DNA of 63,162 nt, filler included. It is 7 parts of 7 records of this genome, joined end to end, with 100 filler letters (N's around TTAATTAATTAA, not from the genome) between each part and the next. Parts side by side here need not be neighbours in the genome. Positions count along the whole stretch, not along the records: positions 1 to 7,623 come from DRR723986_17433; positions 7,724 to 13,839 come from DRR723986_17435; 5 more parts are not named here. One strand, written 5' to 3'. The number at the start of each line of letters is the position of its first letter. The stretch's first letter is position 1. Both the position numbers and the translations under genes were made by a program. The notes under the pieces were generated by a model that saw only the letters and a program-made list of their open reading frames with translations, did not search any database and had not been told where the DNA came from. Shown piece by piece: positions 1 through 8,990 of this stretch.

Positions 1-93
1 GGCAAGGCCGCAGTGGCAAAGCGCTCAAAAAAAATCCAGTCAACCGAAGGATTTGGACATTGGACCTGTCTAAGCATGCAAAGCGAGACGTCC

Positions 94-900
94 ATGCCCA
101 AGACTCTGATCCCGATATTGCTGATCCTCCTGAGCTGCCAAGAACTGCCGGCCCAGCAGACACGCGCGCTCCAAATCGAATTTGTGCCAACGTTTAATGG
201 GAAAGTGCTCCTGCCCGGCGACGAATTCACAGCCGGAGATACTGACCCAAATCACGCAGCCACAAACTCACAAGCCGCTCAGCCGGAATCCCCGCAGATC
301 GAAACGCTCAGATTTTATGTCTCAAAACTCAGACTCGTAGGCGAGCCCCAAGCAATTCAGCCGCAGATAGAGCAAACGAAGGCCCAGCCGCAAGTCACAC
401 AGCTATCGGCCAGTGCGCAGGCCGAAGCCTCACATTATCTCGTGGACTTTGCCAAACCGGCGAGCCTGAAGCTGGAAGTTAATCTGCCGCAGAACTCTAA
501 AATTTCGCATCTGCAATTTGCAATCGGCGTTGACAGCGCAACAAGTGTGAGTGGCGCGCTCGGTGGGGATCTTGATCCAGCGTATGGCATGTACTGGACC
601 TGGCAAAGCGGCTATATTAACTTTAAACTGGAAGGTGAAGCCCAAAATTGCCCGGCACGCCACAATCGTTTTCAATATCATATTGGCGGTTATCAGGCGC
701 CGTTTAACAGTTTAAGAATGCTTAAACTGAAGTTGCCGGAATCCGCCCTGAAGAGCGGAGACGTCATCAACGTCGAACTTAAATTGGAGCGCTTTTTTGA
801 CAAGGTGAATCCGGCTGAAGTCTACCAGGTGATGAGCCCGAATCAGCAGGCGCTACACATCGCTGACGTCTTGCCGACATTATTTGTGGTGCGGCCATGA
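94..900 (+). CDS. MbnP family copper-binding protein (exported)
   Basis: Motifs GVDS, SGALGGDLDP, GMYWTWQSGYINFKLEG (WxW at 595-603) and YHIGG. Signal peptide from ATG 94. Stop overlaps the next start (ATGA 897-900). Confidence 0.8.
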   Translation: MPKTLIPILLILLSCQELPAQQTRALQIEFVPTFNGKVLLPGDEFTAGDTDPNHAATNSQAAQPESPQIETLRFYVSKLRLVGEPQAIQPQIEQTKAQPQVTQLSASAQAEASHYLVDFAKPASLKLEVNLPQNSKISHLQFAIGVDSATSVSGALGGDLDPAYGMYWTWQSGYINFKLEGEAQNCPARHNRFQYHIGGYQAPFNSLRMLKLKLPESALKSGDVINVELKLERFFDKVNPAEVYQVMSPNQQALHIADVLPTLFVVRP

Positions 901-1955
901 ATAAGCTCCTGCGTACATTTTGCCTGATATTTCTTGCGGCTACGGCCTGGCTGCTGGGCCAGGAACTGGAGAGTGCTTTTGCGGAAATCTTTCCCGAGCA
1001 TTTTCCTGAGCCCGCTTACAATCTGGCTTCCAACTCACTCACGCAGGCGCGCGTGGACCTGGGCCGCGCTCTGTTCTACGATCCGCTGCTCTCCAAAGAC
1101 GGAACGATTTCCTGTGCGTCCTGCCACTCGCCCTATCACGCTTTTGCGCATACGGATCACGACCTGAGCCACGGATTAAACGATCAGATTGGCCGGCGTA
1201 ATGCTCCGGCTTTGTTTAACCTGGCCTGGAATTCGGCCTTTAATCTGGATGGTGCTGTTAATCATCTGGATATGCAGGCGCTGGCGCCAATTAACGATCC
1301 TGCTGAGATGGGGGAGGCCACCACAGCAGTTGTTGCCAAACTGCAGGGATCGAGTTTATACTCCGGGCTGTTTATGCGCGCCTTTGAAGACGCTGAAATC
1401 ACGAGTGCACGAATGCTCAAAGCCCTCGCCGCATTCCAGCTGACCCTGGTTTCGGCAAATTCCAAATACGACCGTATTAAACGCGGTGAGGAGCAATTTA
1501 CGGAGCAGGAAAACAAAGGTTATATCCTGTTTCAGCAGCATTGCAACTCCTGCCATACCGAACCGCTCTTCCGGCCCCTGCCCGGTGCTGCCGAGTTTGC
1601 CAGTAATGGTTTGCCGGTAGACACAACACTCAACGACTACGGGCGCGGTGCCGTCACACTGCAGGCGCGCGACAGCTTGTTGTTTAAGATTCCAAGTTTG
1701 CGCAACCTGACTTACACCTATCCCTATATGCACGACGGCCGCTACCGGCGTATTCGAGAAGTGCTGGAGCATTACAGTTCAGAATCCAAAGAGCCCCGAA
1801 ATTTAGCCGCCGAACTCAAGTCTCCGATTAAACTGACATCCGCCGAGCGTGTGGAGTTGACGGCCTTCCTTTTAACTCTCGATGACAAAGACTTCGTTTT
1901 TGAGCGTTCGCATCAATTTCCCAAAGAGATTTTACTGAGCAGCGAAGGATTGTAA
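897..1955 (+). CDS. Di-heme cytochrome c peroxidase/MauG superfamily enzyme, MbnH-like
   Basis: Two CxxCH motifs (CASCH 1113-1127, CNSCH 1542-1556), LGRALFYDPLLS, RNAPAL, FKIPSLRN..PYMHDG. Signal peptide. Translationally coupled to the MbnP-like gene. Confidence 0.85.
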   Translation: MNKLLRTFCLIFLAATAWLLGQELESAFAEIFPEHFPEPAYNLASNSLTQARVDLGRALFYDPLLSKDGTISCASCHSPYHAFAHTDHDLSHGLNDQIGRRNAPALFNLAWNSAFNLDGAVNHLDMQALAPINDPAEMGEATTAVVAKLQGSSLYSGLFMRAFEDAEITSARMLKALAAFQLTLVSANSKYDRIKRGEEQFTEQENKGYILFQQHCNSCHTEPLFRPLPGAAEFASNGLPVDTTLNDYGRGAVTLQARDSLLFKIPSLRNLTYTYPYMHDGRYRRIREVLEHYSSESKEPRNLAAELKSPIKLTSAERVELTAFLLTLDDKDFVFERSHQFPKEILLSSEGL

Positions 1956-2062
1956 AACATTGTGTTGTCTAAGGGGCAAAGACAAAACTGATTATGGTGA
2001 TTTGTTTGAAAGTTTGCGTCAGATCGTTTTGTGATTTGCGCATTGCCTTGGGGGACTACACA

Positions 2063-3451
2063 ATGAAAAACACAAAGACAATCCTACTGCAGGCCCTGCT
2101 GTTACTAGCTTTTGCACTTCCGGCAGCCGCTCAGGATCATCCGGCAATTACATCCTGGTTGCAGAATACGACCGAAACCGGCAGCTACTATGTGCGCGGT
2201 AATTCAACTGCAATCGACAATGGAATTCTGGTTAATTGCCAGTTGGTCGAGTATTCTGACGGTGCCGTTTATGTGCATTCCCGGGGCATTCCAGCCTATC
2301 CGACCGGTCCATTTTTGGACGGTAATCCTTCGTTGGCGCAGGATCAGGACGGCATCTGGCGTTTTCCATTTAACCCGCAAAAAAACGATGGCACGCCGAC
2401 GGCAACTAATGGCGGAAATATAGGCTTGTTTATTAACGGTGTTGCCTTGTTTGACTATCGCGATGGAGTTGGCTGGAATTCAGAAACTAATTCGCTCTGT
2501 GGTGGGCCGGGGAATCCGCCCTGTCCGGGTGGCCCGCGTGCCGGCTCTGACTGGATGCGCGATGCGATTCCGGCAGAGCGCGATGGTTTCGACTGTTCCA
2601 AGGCGCACCCGGCGATGGGCAACTATCACCACCATCAAAATCCCTCCGCGTTTAAACTTGACCGCAACGTTGTCTCTGAGATTTGTGACCTCTACGATGC
2701 CGACGGGCTCTACGCTATTAACCCCGAGCAGCACTCGCCATTAATTGGTTTTGCCTACGACGGATTTCCGATTTACGGTGCGTACGGATTCAAAAATGCA
2801 GACGGCAGCGGCGGAATTACACGCATTAAATCGGGCTATCAATTACGTGACATTACGCAGCGTACAACATATGCGGACGGCTCCGCTGTTGACAACGGGC
2901 CTGACATTAGCGATGACTATCCGCTCGGTTATTTCCGCGAGGATTACGAGTTTATTACACATCCATCCGAGGAAGATTATCTGGACGAGCACAACGGCCG
3001 GTTTTGTGTCACACCGGAATATCCCGAGGGGACGTACGCCTATTTTGCAACGGTGGACGAGGACTGGAACTCGGCTTATCCTTATGTTGTGGGCCCAACT
3101 TTTTATGGCCAGGTAGAGGACCGCAAAGTTAATTCCGTTAACGAGGAAACAACCGTCTATGATGGCAGCGTTACAACTGATGCTGCTGAGGATGCGTTTA
3201 AAAATTTGGATGTTGCCGTTTTTCCAAATCCCAGCTCAGACTTGTTGGCTGTTCAGATTCAAGGACTGGTCGGCAATGTGTTTAATGTTGAATTGCGCGA
3301 CTTAAACGGCAAACTGGTTAGCAGTGCAACAATTCATCCGGGCCAGACGATTGCATATTTTGACCTGCAGACGGTCTATGCCGGAACCTATGTTGTTGAT
3401 ATTTCAAATGGCCATTCCAGTATCGTACGAAAAGTCATCTTAAACAAATAG
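2063..3451 (+). CDS. YHYH-domain protein with T9SS C-terminal sorting domain
   Basis: Signal peptide ending AAA|Q. IGLFINGV, GNYHHH, HSPLIGFAYDGFPIYGAYG, LDEHNGRFCVTPEYPEGTYAYF. C-terminal VFPNPS...DLNGKLV...GTYVV...KVIL. Confidence 0.85.
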   Translation: MKNTKTILLQALLLLAFALPAAAQDHPAITSWLQNTTETGSYYVRGNSTAIDNGILVNCQLVEYSDGAVYVHSRGIPAYPTGPFLDGNPSLAQDQDGIWRFPFNPQKNDGTPTATNGGNIGLFINGVALFDYRDGVGWNSETNSLCGGPGNPPCPGGPRAGSDWMRDAIPAERDGFDCSKAHPAMGNYHHHQNPSAFKLDRNVVSEICDLYDADGLYAINPEQHSPLIGFAYDGFPIYGAYGFKNADGSGGITRIKSGYQLRDITQRTTYADGSAVDNGPDISDDYPLGYFREDYEFITHPSEEDYLDEHNGRFCVTPEYPEGTYAYFATVDEDWNSAYPYVVGPTFYGQVEDRKVNSVNEETTVYDGSVTTDAAEDAFKNLDVAVFPNPSSDLLAVQIQGLVGNVFNVELRDLNGKLVSSATIHPGQTIAYFDLQTVYAGTYVVDISNGHSSIVRKVILNK

Positions 3452-3579
3452 TCATTTGCTGGTAGTACAGGACTTGTTAAGTGGCGCTTTGAGCCCTGCC
3501 ATCCGCTACGCTGCTGTTTGGTCTCAGGCTGGGTTGTATTCTTGTTTGTTGTTGAGTTAAAAAACGTCGGTTTATGAGC

Positions 3580-3627
3580 ACAAAAGCCGGTAGTCCCTAT
3601 GTTAGAGGAGGGATTGCCGGCTTTTGT
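3580..3627 (+). terminator. Probable intrinsic terminator after the mbnP-mbnH-YHYH genes
   Basis: 19-bp arms acaaaagccggtagtccct / agggattgccggcttttgt. The two DNA mismatches are G-U pairs in + strand RNA. Ends in a U-rich run. Confidence 0.6.
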
Positions 3628-3685
3628 CGTTAGGGGCAACTGCCGTAATGTGAGTGCCTTGTCAGCGCTGAGCGAATAAAATTAT

Positions 3686-3706
3686 TATTGCGAATGACTT
3701 GCAATA
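3686..3706. promoter_or_regulatory. Imperfect palindrome, candidate operator (possibly Fur-family)
   Basis: TATTGCGAATGACTTGCAATA in an AT-rich stretch about 150 bp upstream of the oxidoreductase. Confidence 0.35.
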
Positions 3707-3853
3707 GTGGTTCGATGCAAGTATGTTTGTTGTGCGCTAGTGCGCCAATGTAACAGCGGACGGCGGGCAAGTGAGTACGAAGGTCCTACCTGGTCCAGGC
3801 TACGTTCACTCTTTGCAGAGACTACAGACAACGGGAAAAATGCACAGGCTCTT

Positions 3854-4783
3854 ATGCAAAATTCTACAGTAAACAATGCAATCCTGGACGCCATGATCAT
3901 TGGCGGCAGTTATGCCGGTCTTGCGGCCGCCATGGCGCTCGGGCGCTCAATGCGCACAGTTTTACTGGTCGATTCAGGCAAACCCTGCAATCGCCAGACG
4001 CCATATTCACACAACTTTTTAACGCAGGATGGCGTGCCCCCGGCAGAAATTGCGCGCCTGGCACAGGCACAGGTTTTGGCGTATGATTCGGTCACCAAAA
4101 AAGCTGGATTGGTCACTCAAGTTAAACAGGAAGATGCGCATTTTGGTGTGACACTGGAGACGGGAGAACAGTACCACGCGGCAAAAATTCTGCTGGCGAC
4201 CGGCGTCAGGGACTTGATGCCCGCTACTCCAGGTTTTGCCGCCTGCTGGGGGATCAGCGTGCTGCACTGCCCTTACTGCCATGGCTACGAAGTGCGTAAC
4301 AAAACAATTGGAATTCTGGCTGCCGGTGAGGCGGCATATGAATTGTGCATCCTGATTCAGCACTGGACCGAAGACTTAACATTGTTCAGCGACGGGCCTT
4401 GCGAGCTTGACGCTGAACAGCGCTCCATGCTGCAGAAATTGAACATCAGAATCGATGAGCGTCAGGTTCGCGAGTTGGAACATCAGAGTGGGCAGATTAA
4501 ACAAATTCAGTTTGAGGACGGCAGCCCCGCAGAACTTGATGCCATATTTGCGCGTCCCGGGTTTGAGCAGTCCAGCAGGATCGCAGAGAATCTGGGCTGT
4601 GAACTCTCCGAATCGGGGCACATCGCCGTCAGTCCTTTTCAGCAGACTTCCGTTCCCGGCGTGTTTGCCGCGGGGGATAATTGTTCGCCGCTGCGCGCCG
4701 TAGCGATGGCGACGGCCGCCGGAACAACGGCAGGTGTGGCTATTAACATGGAGCTGTTGCATGCAGCCTTGCCGACGGCATAA
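3854..4783 (+). CDS. NAD(P)/FAD-dependent oxidoreductase, thioredoxin reductase-like
   Basis: IIGGSYAGL FAD motif, LLATG, HCPYCHG (CxxC), TSVPGVFAAGD. Start moved from 3707 to ATG 3854. Confidence 0.85.
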   Translation: MQNSTVNNAILDAMIIGGSYAGLAAAMALGRSMRTVLLVDSGKPCNRQTPYSHNFLTQDGVPPAEIARLAQAQVLAYDSVTKKAGLVTQVKQEDAHFGVTLETGEQYHAAKILLATGVRDLMPATPGFAACWGISVLHCPYCHGYEVRNKTIGILAAGEAAYELCILIQHWTEDLTLFSDGPCELDAEQRSMLQKLNIRIDERQVRELEHQSGQIKQIQFEDGSPAELDAIFARPGFEQSSRIAENLGCELSESGHIAVSPFQQTSVPGVFAAGDNCSPLRAVAMATAAGTTAGVAINMELLHAALPTA

Positions 4784-4865
4784 ACATGGCTCGCGTTTAG
4801 CGGTACACAGCAGAAAATTTGTAGATTGACAGCAAATCGATTGTATTGCTAGTTCGAGCACTGAC

Positions 4866-7265
4866 ATGCCAGATCAAAAAGTCACGCAGAAAATTGCCTT
4901 TTTTGCCCAGTATAAGCGCCTGGGAAACAATCAACTCAGAACGCTGCGCCTATCAAAGTCGTCAACGCAATCGCCATCACGATTGCTTTTGGGATCAGCC
5001 CACGGATGGCTCACGTTGTTACTGGTTTTCCTGCCACTCGTTTGCGGAGGTCTTGCCGACCTGCGTGCCGCAGATGGTTTTGCCTATGATATGGAAGTGC
5101 TGGGCGAGCGCTGGGAATTGCGCCGACTACATCTGGCAAGTGGAGAGATTGATTTAGTTGAGAAAGATTCGGTTAATGCCAACAACTTCATGATTGGCAT
5201 CGATCGGCGCGTAAATGCAATGCATTTGTTAACCCGCCAGACCACCTGGGTTAGCGTGGTTACACTGGATCTGGATACGTACAAGATTCGCAGCCAGGGA
5301 CGTTGGGATGTTAAGATTTACGGAATTCCGGAGTTTAACCCAATTGACGGATGCTGGTATCTGGTCTTACCCAGGCCCAGAATGCAAACTATAGTTAAGG
5401 TTAACCCCAACACTATGGAGTTATCGTATGTAGGCAGTATCCGCCGCAATACCGAGATATTTTATCCCAGCCTGGATTATGCGCGTGGCCTCTTTTTTGG
5501 CATGGACTTTGCGGGACAATTCCTTAGCTATGATTACTTCTCCGGCCGCGAAATCAAGCGCGAATATATACCCAATGAAACTGGACGATTCCTGGGGCAT
5601 TACGCTCCCCAAATGCGTGGATTTCCGTTTCTGGAATACACTGGTGGACCGGACAGAGAAAGCCGCGTGGTCTTTATCGACCCATTGACGAATGAAACAC
5701 AAGCCTTTGGAGGTGACTGGCGAACGCACCGGAGGGGTGTTCCAGACATTTCGTTTGCCGAACAACGGTTCATCGGTGAAGTTGCCCCGGGCGACAATGG
5801 GATTTATGATTTTAACGGAAAAAAGCTCCTGGACATTGATTTTCCGGAAGAGGAAAGTTTTGAAGATTGGACACTGTGCAGGCCCGCGCAGGCCAGCGGC
5901 ATGATGCGCCTGAGTGGACGAATTGTTTTTGATGATAACAACAACTGTCAGGCCGATACGGATGAAGAAGGCATCAGTGGTGGCATAATTACAATTGAAC
6001 CGGGCGGTCTACGTGCTCGCAGCGATTCGCAGGGAGACTACTTCATTGACCTGCATCCGGGAACCTATACTATTTCAATCTGGCAAGATGCCCCTCTAGC
6101 GCTCAGCTGCCCGCAACAAGTTCGCAGTAGGGAACTGACTCTAGAAACAGCTAACGTTGCGGACATTGATTTTCTGCTCGACAGGCAACAGGCGCGCAGC
6201 CTTCCACGTGTGAGCCTCAGCGTATTTGGTCAACAGCGCTATTTCGGTGGTGAAGTCTTCATAAGCCTTGTCAATGAAGGCAATTTTCCGTTTAACGGGA
6301 CGATGGTCCTTGAATACGATGAGGCGGTAAGTGGACGCATTTTTTCGCTGCTGCCGGATACTGAGCTGGCAGGGCGGACCGAATGGACGGTTAATGACTT
6401 GGCAGTCGGTGCCGCCATCCATCTACAGGGTATTTTTTCGCAGTCACAACACACTGATCCGGTGAACGAAGTCTGTGCCGAGCTTAAAATGCTGGATGAT
6501 GCCGGCCTGGCGGTCGGCAACCTGTCGGCACGCGATCAGACATGTATAACAATAGACGAGTGGCCCGAAGAAGAAGTCGTCAATATGCTCGTAGCCGGCA
6601 GCAATGACGGTGATGCGACTGAGATAACGGCGCAGGACAGTCTTCTCCGTTATGCAATTCACTTTCAATATCCAGGCAGCGGGGCGGCTGGGAGCGTTAG
6701 AATTATCAACCGCATTGATCCGGCCCTCAACAGTAGTTCTATAGACTTTGGGGCTTGTTCCAATGAGTTTCGGGCTGAACTTCTGGACGACCGCACACTG
6801 GAAATTCGGATTGACTCCACATATTATCCTTCGACTGAAATCAACTGGCCTTGGCACCGCGGTACCATCCGCTATTCCATCAAACCGAATCCGGACCTTG
6901 AAATTGGCTCCGAATTCACTAACTGTGCCGAGATAATTTTTGACGATGATGTGCGCGTCGAGACCAATTGTATCACACACAAAGTGACCGGTACAATTTC
7001 ATCCGTGGATGAATGGCCGGTGCGAGCGCTTGAAACTATAGAGCTCGTTCAATTGGCTGCCAACGAGCATCAATTGCGGTCGGATGAGCGGCTGCGTGGC
7101 CGGCTGAGCGTCTATTCGATTTTGGGCGTCAAGGTTCTGGAGCAGCGACTTGAGAATGTACTCTCGGCGACTGTGGACTTGCGGTCTCAGGCTGCGGGAC
7201 GTTATTTGCTGCGGCTTGAGGTCGGCGGTGAATCAATTGTTACGTCGCTTGTGGTACTGCGCTGA
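4866..7265 (+). CDS. Large T9SS cargo protein (SdrD B-like and DUF7619-like Ig domains, C-terminal sorting domain)
   Basis: SGRIVFDDNNNCQAD...DSQGDY..L.PGTYTI; LRYAIHFQ..G...IRYSIKP...NCAEIIFD..V.TN; C-terminal VYSILG...VDL...GRYLLRL. True start uncertain. Confidence 0.65.
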   Translation: MPDQKVTQKIAFFAQYKRLGNNQLRTLRLSKSSTQSPSRLLLGSAHGWLTLLLVFLPLVCGGLADLRAADGFAYDMEVLGERWELRRLHLASGEIDLVEKDSVNANNFMIGIDRRVNAMHLLTRQTTWVSVVTLDLDTYKIRSQGRWDVKIYGIPEFNPIDGCWYLVLPRPRMQTIVKVNPNTMELSYVGSIRRNTEIFYPSLDYARGLFFGMDFAGQFLSYDYFSGREIKREYIPNETGRFLGHYAPQMRGFPFLEYTGGPDRESRVVFIDPLTNETQAFGGDWRTHRRGVPDISFAEQRFIGEVAPGDNGIYDFNGKKLLDIDFPEEESFEDWTLCRPAQASGMMRLSGRIVFDDNNNCQADTDEEGISGGIITIEPGGLRARSDSQGDYFIDLHPGTYTISIWQDAPLALSCPQQVRSRELTLETANVADIDFLLDRQQARSLPRVSLSVFGQQRYFGGEVFISLVNEGNFPFNGTMVLEYDEAVSGRIFSLLPDTELAGRTEWTVNDLAVGAAIHLQGIFSQSQHTDPVNEVCAELKMLDDAGLAVGNLSARDQTCITIDEWPEEEVVNMLVAGSNDGDATEITAQDSLLRYAIHFQYPGSGAAGSVRIINRIDPALNSSSIDFGACSNEFRAELLDDRTLEIRIDSTYYPSTEINWPWHRGTIRYSIKPNPDLEIGSEFTNCAEIIFDDDVRVETNCITHKVTGTISSVDEWPVRALETIELVQLAANEHQLRSDERLRGRLSVYSILGVKVLEQRLENVLSATVDLRSQAAGRYLLRLEVGGESIVTSLVVLR

Positions 7266-7598
7266 TGGATTTGGCACAATGAATTGTATATGTGATTGAG
7301 ACAAGGCGGTCCAGCGGGGAAGGTGGTCTGCGGTCTGTCTTTCTTGAATTTTGGGCTTCCGTGGCCAGGCTTGACTGTTTGTGAATTGTGGCTGAGCGTT
7401 GGCTCCATTACTAAAAAAATCAGTTCGCAGAGAGGCGTTCAGCGGGGCAGAAGCCCGCTAACAAACTATGCAGTATTCCAACATTCATGAATTTCGACAA
7501 TTTCAAGGCCATTCGATGATGCGGGAAGTAAATCCGGCTCAATGGTCTGAGAAAGAGACTTAACGCGCTCGGAATTGATTCTCAGAATTTTTAGAACC

Positions 7599-7623
7599 GG
7601 GTCGAGCCCTTAGGGCTCGACCC
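7599..7623. repeat. Perfect 12-bp inverted repeat at the contig end (REP-like or terminator hairpin)
   Basis: gggtcgagccct-t-agggctcgaccc, ending exactly at the last base before the spacer. Confidence 0.6.
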
Positions 7624-7723
7624 NNNNNNNNNNNNNNNNNNNNNNNNNNNNNNNNNNNNNNNNNNNNTTAATTAATTAANNNNNNNNNNNNNNNNNNNNN
7701 NNNNNNNNNNNNNNNNNNNNNNN
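7624..7723. other. Artificial contig spacer
   Basis: 44 N + TTAATTAATTAA (stops in all six frames) + 44 N. Confidence 0.97.
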
Positions 7724-7819
7724 CCAGTCCCGGTTGGACCGGACGCTTTGTGTCGTATGCTTGGCCGCGCCGTGCATCACGGGGCATTTGCCACCTGTAT
7801 CCATGTCATTGCCGTCCAT
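7724..7819 (-). CDS. katG: Catalase-peroxidase, N-terminal fragment cut by contig end
   Basis: MDGNDMDTGGKCPVMHG...SNRDW is the typical KatG N-terminus. AGGGAG RBS. Divergent from oxyR. Confidence 0.85.
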
Positions 7820-7877
7820 TGGTCTCTCCCTTTGTGTGATTTGGAATCTTTCTAACAAGGTGGCGCGGTAAATAAAA

Positions 7878-7914
7878 ATTGGATTTTCGGATGGCTTTGA
7901 TAGTTTGAGGTTAT
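7878..7914. promoter_or_regulatory. OxyR binding site between katG and oxyR
   Basis: ATTG-N7-GGAT-N7-ATAG-N7-TTAT matches the ATAG-N7-CTAT-N7-ATAG-N7-CTAT spacing and overlaps the oxyR ATG. Confidence 0.65.
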
Positions 7915-8818
7915 GATAAGTCTAACACTGAAACAGCTCCGCTATTTCGAAGCCTTGGCGCAGCAGCAACATTTTGGTCGCGCCGCCGCCTTTTGCTCCA
8001 TTTCGCAGCCCGCGTTGTCCGTGCAGATCAAAGAGATGGAAGTCCAACTGGGCCGCCCCTTGTTTGAACGCGGTGCCCGCGAGGTGCGCCTCACGGCCTT
8101 TGGGGCCGAAATCAGGACCAAGGTGCGCAGTATCCTAAGCGCTGTAGATGACTTAGGCGATTTTGCCCGTGCGGGGCAGGACGGCTTGGCAGGCACGTTC
8201 CGTCTGGGGGTCATTCCGACGATTGCACCTTATCTGCTGCCCGGATTGATCGGCGATCTGACGCGGCGCTATCCGCGGATGGATCTGCATTTGCGCGAAA
8301 CGTTGACCGCGCGGCTGGTGCAAGAGCTGCTGGAGGGCGGTCTTGATGCGGCCATTGTGGCCTTGCCGGTGTCAGAGCCATCGCTCACTGAAACGCCGCT
8401 CTTTTCCGAAGACTTCCTTTTGGTGCGCCCGGCCGCGCAGGCCGATGCCCCAGTGCCAAGCCGCGAGGAATTGCGCGATATGCGCTTGCTGCTCTTGGAA
8501 GAGGGGCATTGTTTCCGCGATCAGGCATTATCCTTCTGTCAGGCGGATGCCGGGCCTGCGCGGCACGGTTTCGACGGCAGTTCGCTTGCGACCTTGGTTC
8601 AAATGGTTGGGGCCGGTATCGGCGTGACCATGATCCCCGAAATGGCGCGATCGGTCGAAACCCGGTCAGCGGCGGTTGATTGCGCCCGGTTTGCAGGGCC
8701 GCAACCCTCGCGCAGGATTGGAATGATCTGGCGGCGCACCACGCCGCTGGCGGGGCAATTGCAGGAAATGGCAGAAGTTGTGCGTCTGGCGGCACAGGAC
8801 CAACGGCTTGCAAACTAA
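7913..8818 (+). CDS. oxyR: Hydrogen peroxide-inducible genes activator (LysR family)
   Basis: LysR HTH (LKQLRYF...SQPALS), IPTIAPYLLP, EEGHCFRDQALSFC with two Cys nine residues apart. Confidence 0.92.
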   Translation: MISLTLKQLRYFEALAQQQHFGRAAAFCSISQPALSVQIKEMEVQLGRPLFERGAREVRLTAFGAEIRTKVRSILSAVDDLGDFARAGQDGLAGTFRLGVIPTIAPYLLPGLIGDLTRRYPRMDLHLRETLTARLVQELLEGGLDAAIVALPVSEPSLTETPLFSEDFLLVRPAAQADAPVPSREELRDMRLLLLEEGHCFRDQALSFCQADAGPARHGFDGSSLATLVQMVGAGIGVTMIPEMARSVETRSAAVDCARFAGPQPSRRIGMIWRRTTPLAGQLQEMAEVVRLAAQDQRLAN

Positions 8819-8913
8819 AGAAAAACCGCTGCGTATTTCGTGACTGTTGAGATGGGCGCGATGTATTTCAACAGGTTAAGGGAGGTTCTCACCCGAGAAA
8901 TGGCATGGCTCCG

Positions 8914-8929
8914 TTAATCTGGTTGTAAC
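8914..8929 (+). promoter_or_regulatory. Candidate CtrA box upstream of the chemoreceptor
   Basis: TTAA-N7-GTAAC, one mismatch to TTAA-N7-TTAAC. Confidence 0.4.
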
Positions 8930-8990
8930 GACTGGTGTTCTAGATGCCCCAAACGGACAGGGCAGTCCGAACAGGTCGAAGGAATTTCAT

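Noticed and set aside
1..3451. Methanobactin biosynthetic cluster
   Set aside because: No MbnA precursor, MbnB or MbnC is visible. MbnP/H pairs also occur without them.
3600..3850. Cobalamin riboswitch suggested by gggcaactg
   Set aside because: Other conserved elements are missing, and the main hairpin is explained as a terminator.
7668..7679. TTAATTAATTAA recurring six times as a possible biological repeat
   Set aside because: Always centred in N runs with identical geometry. It is an artificial six-frame stop linker.
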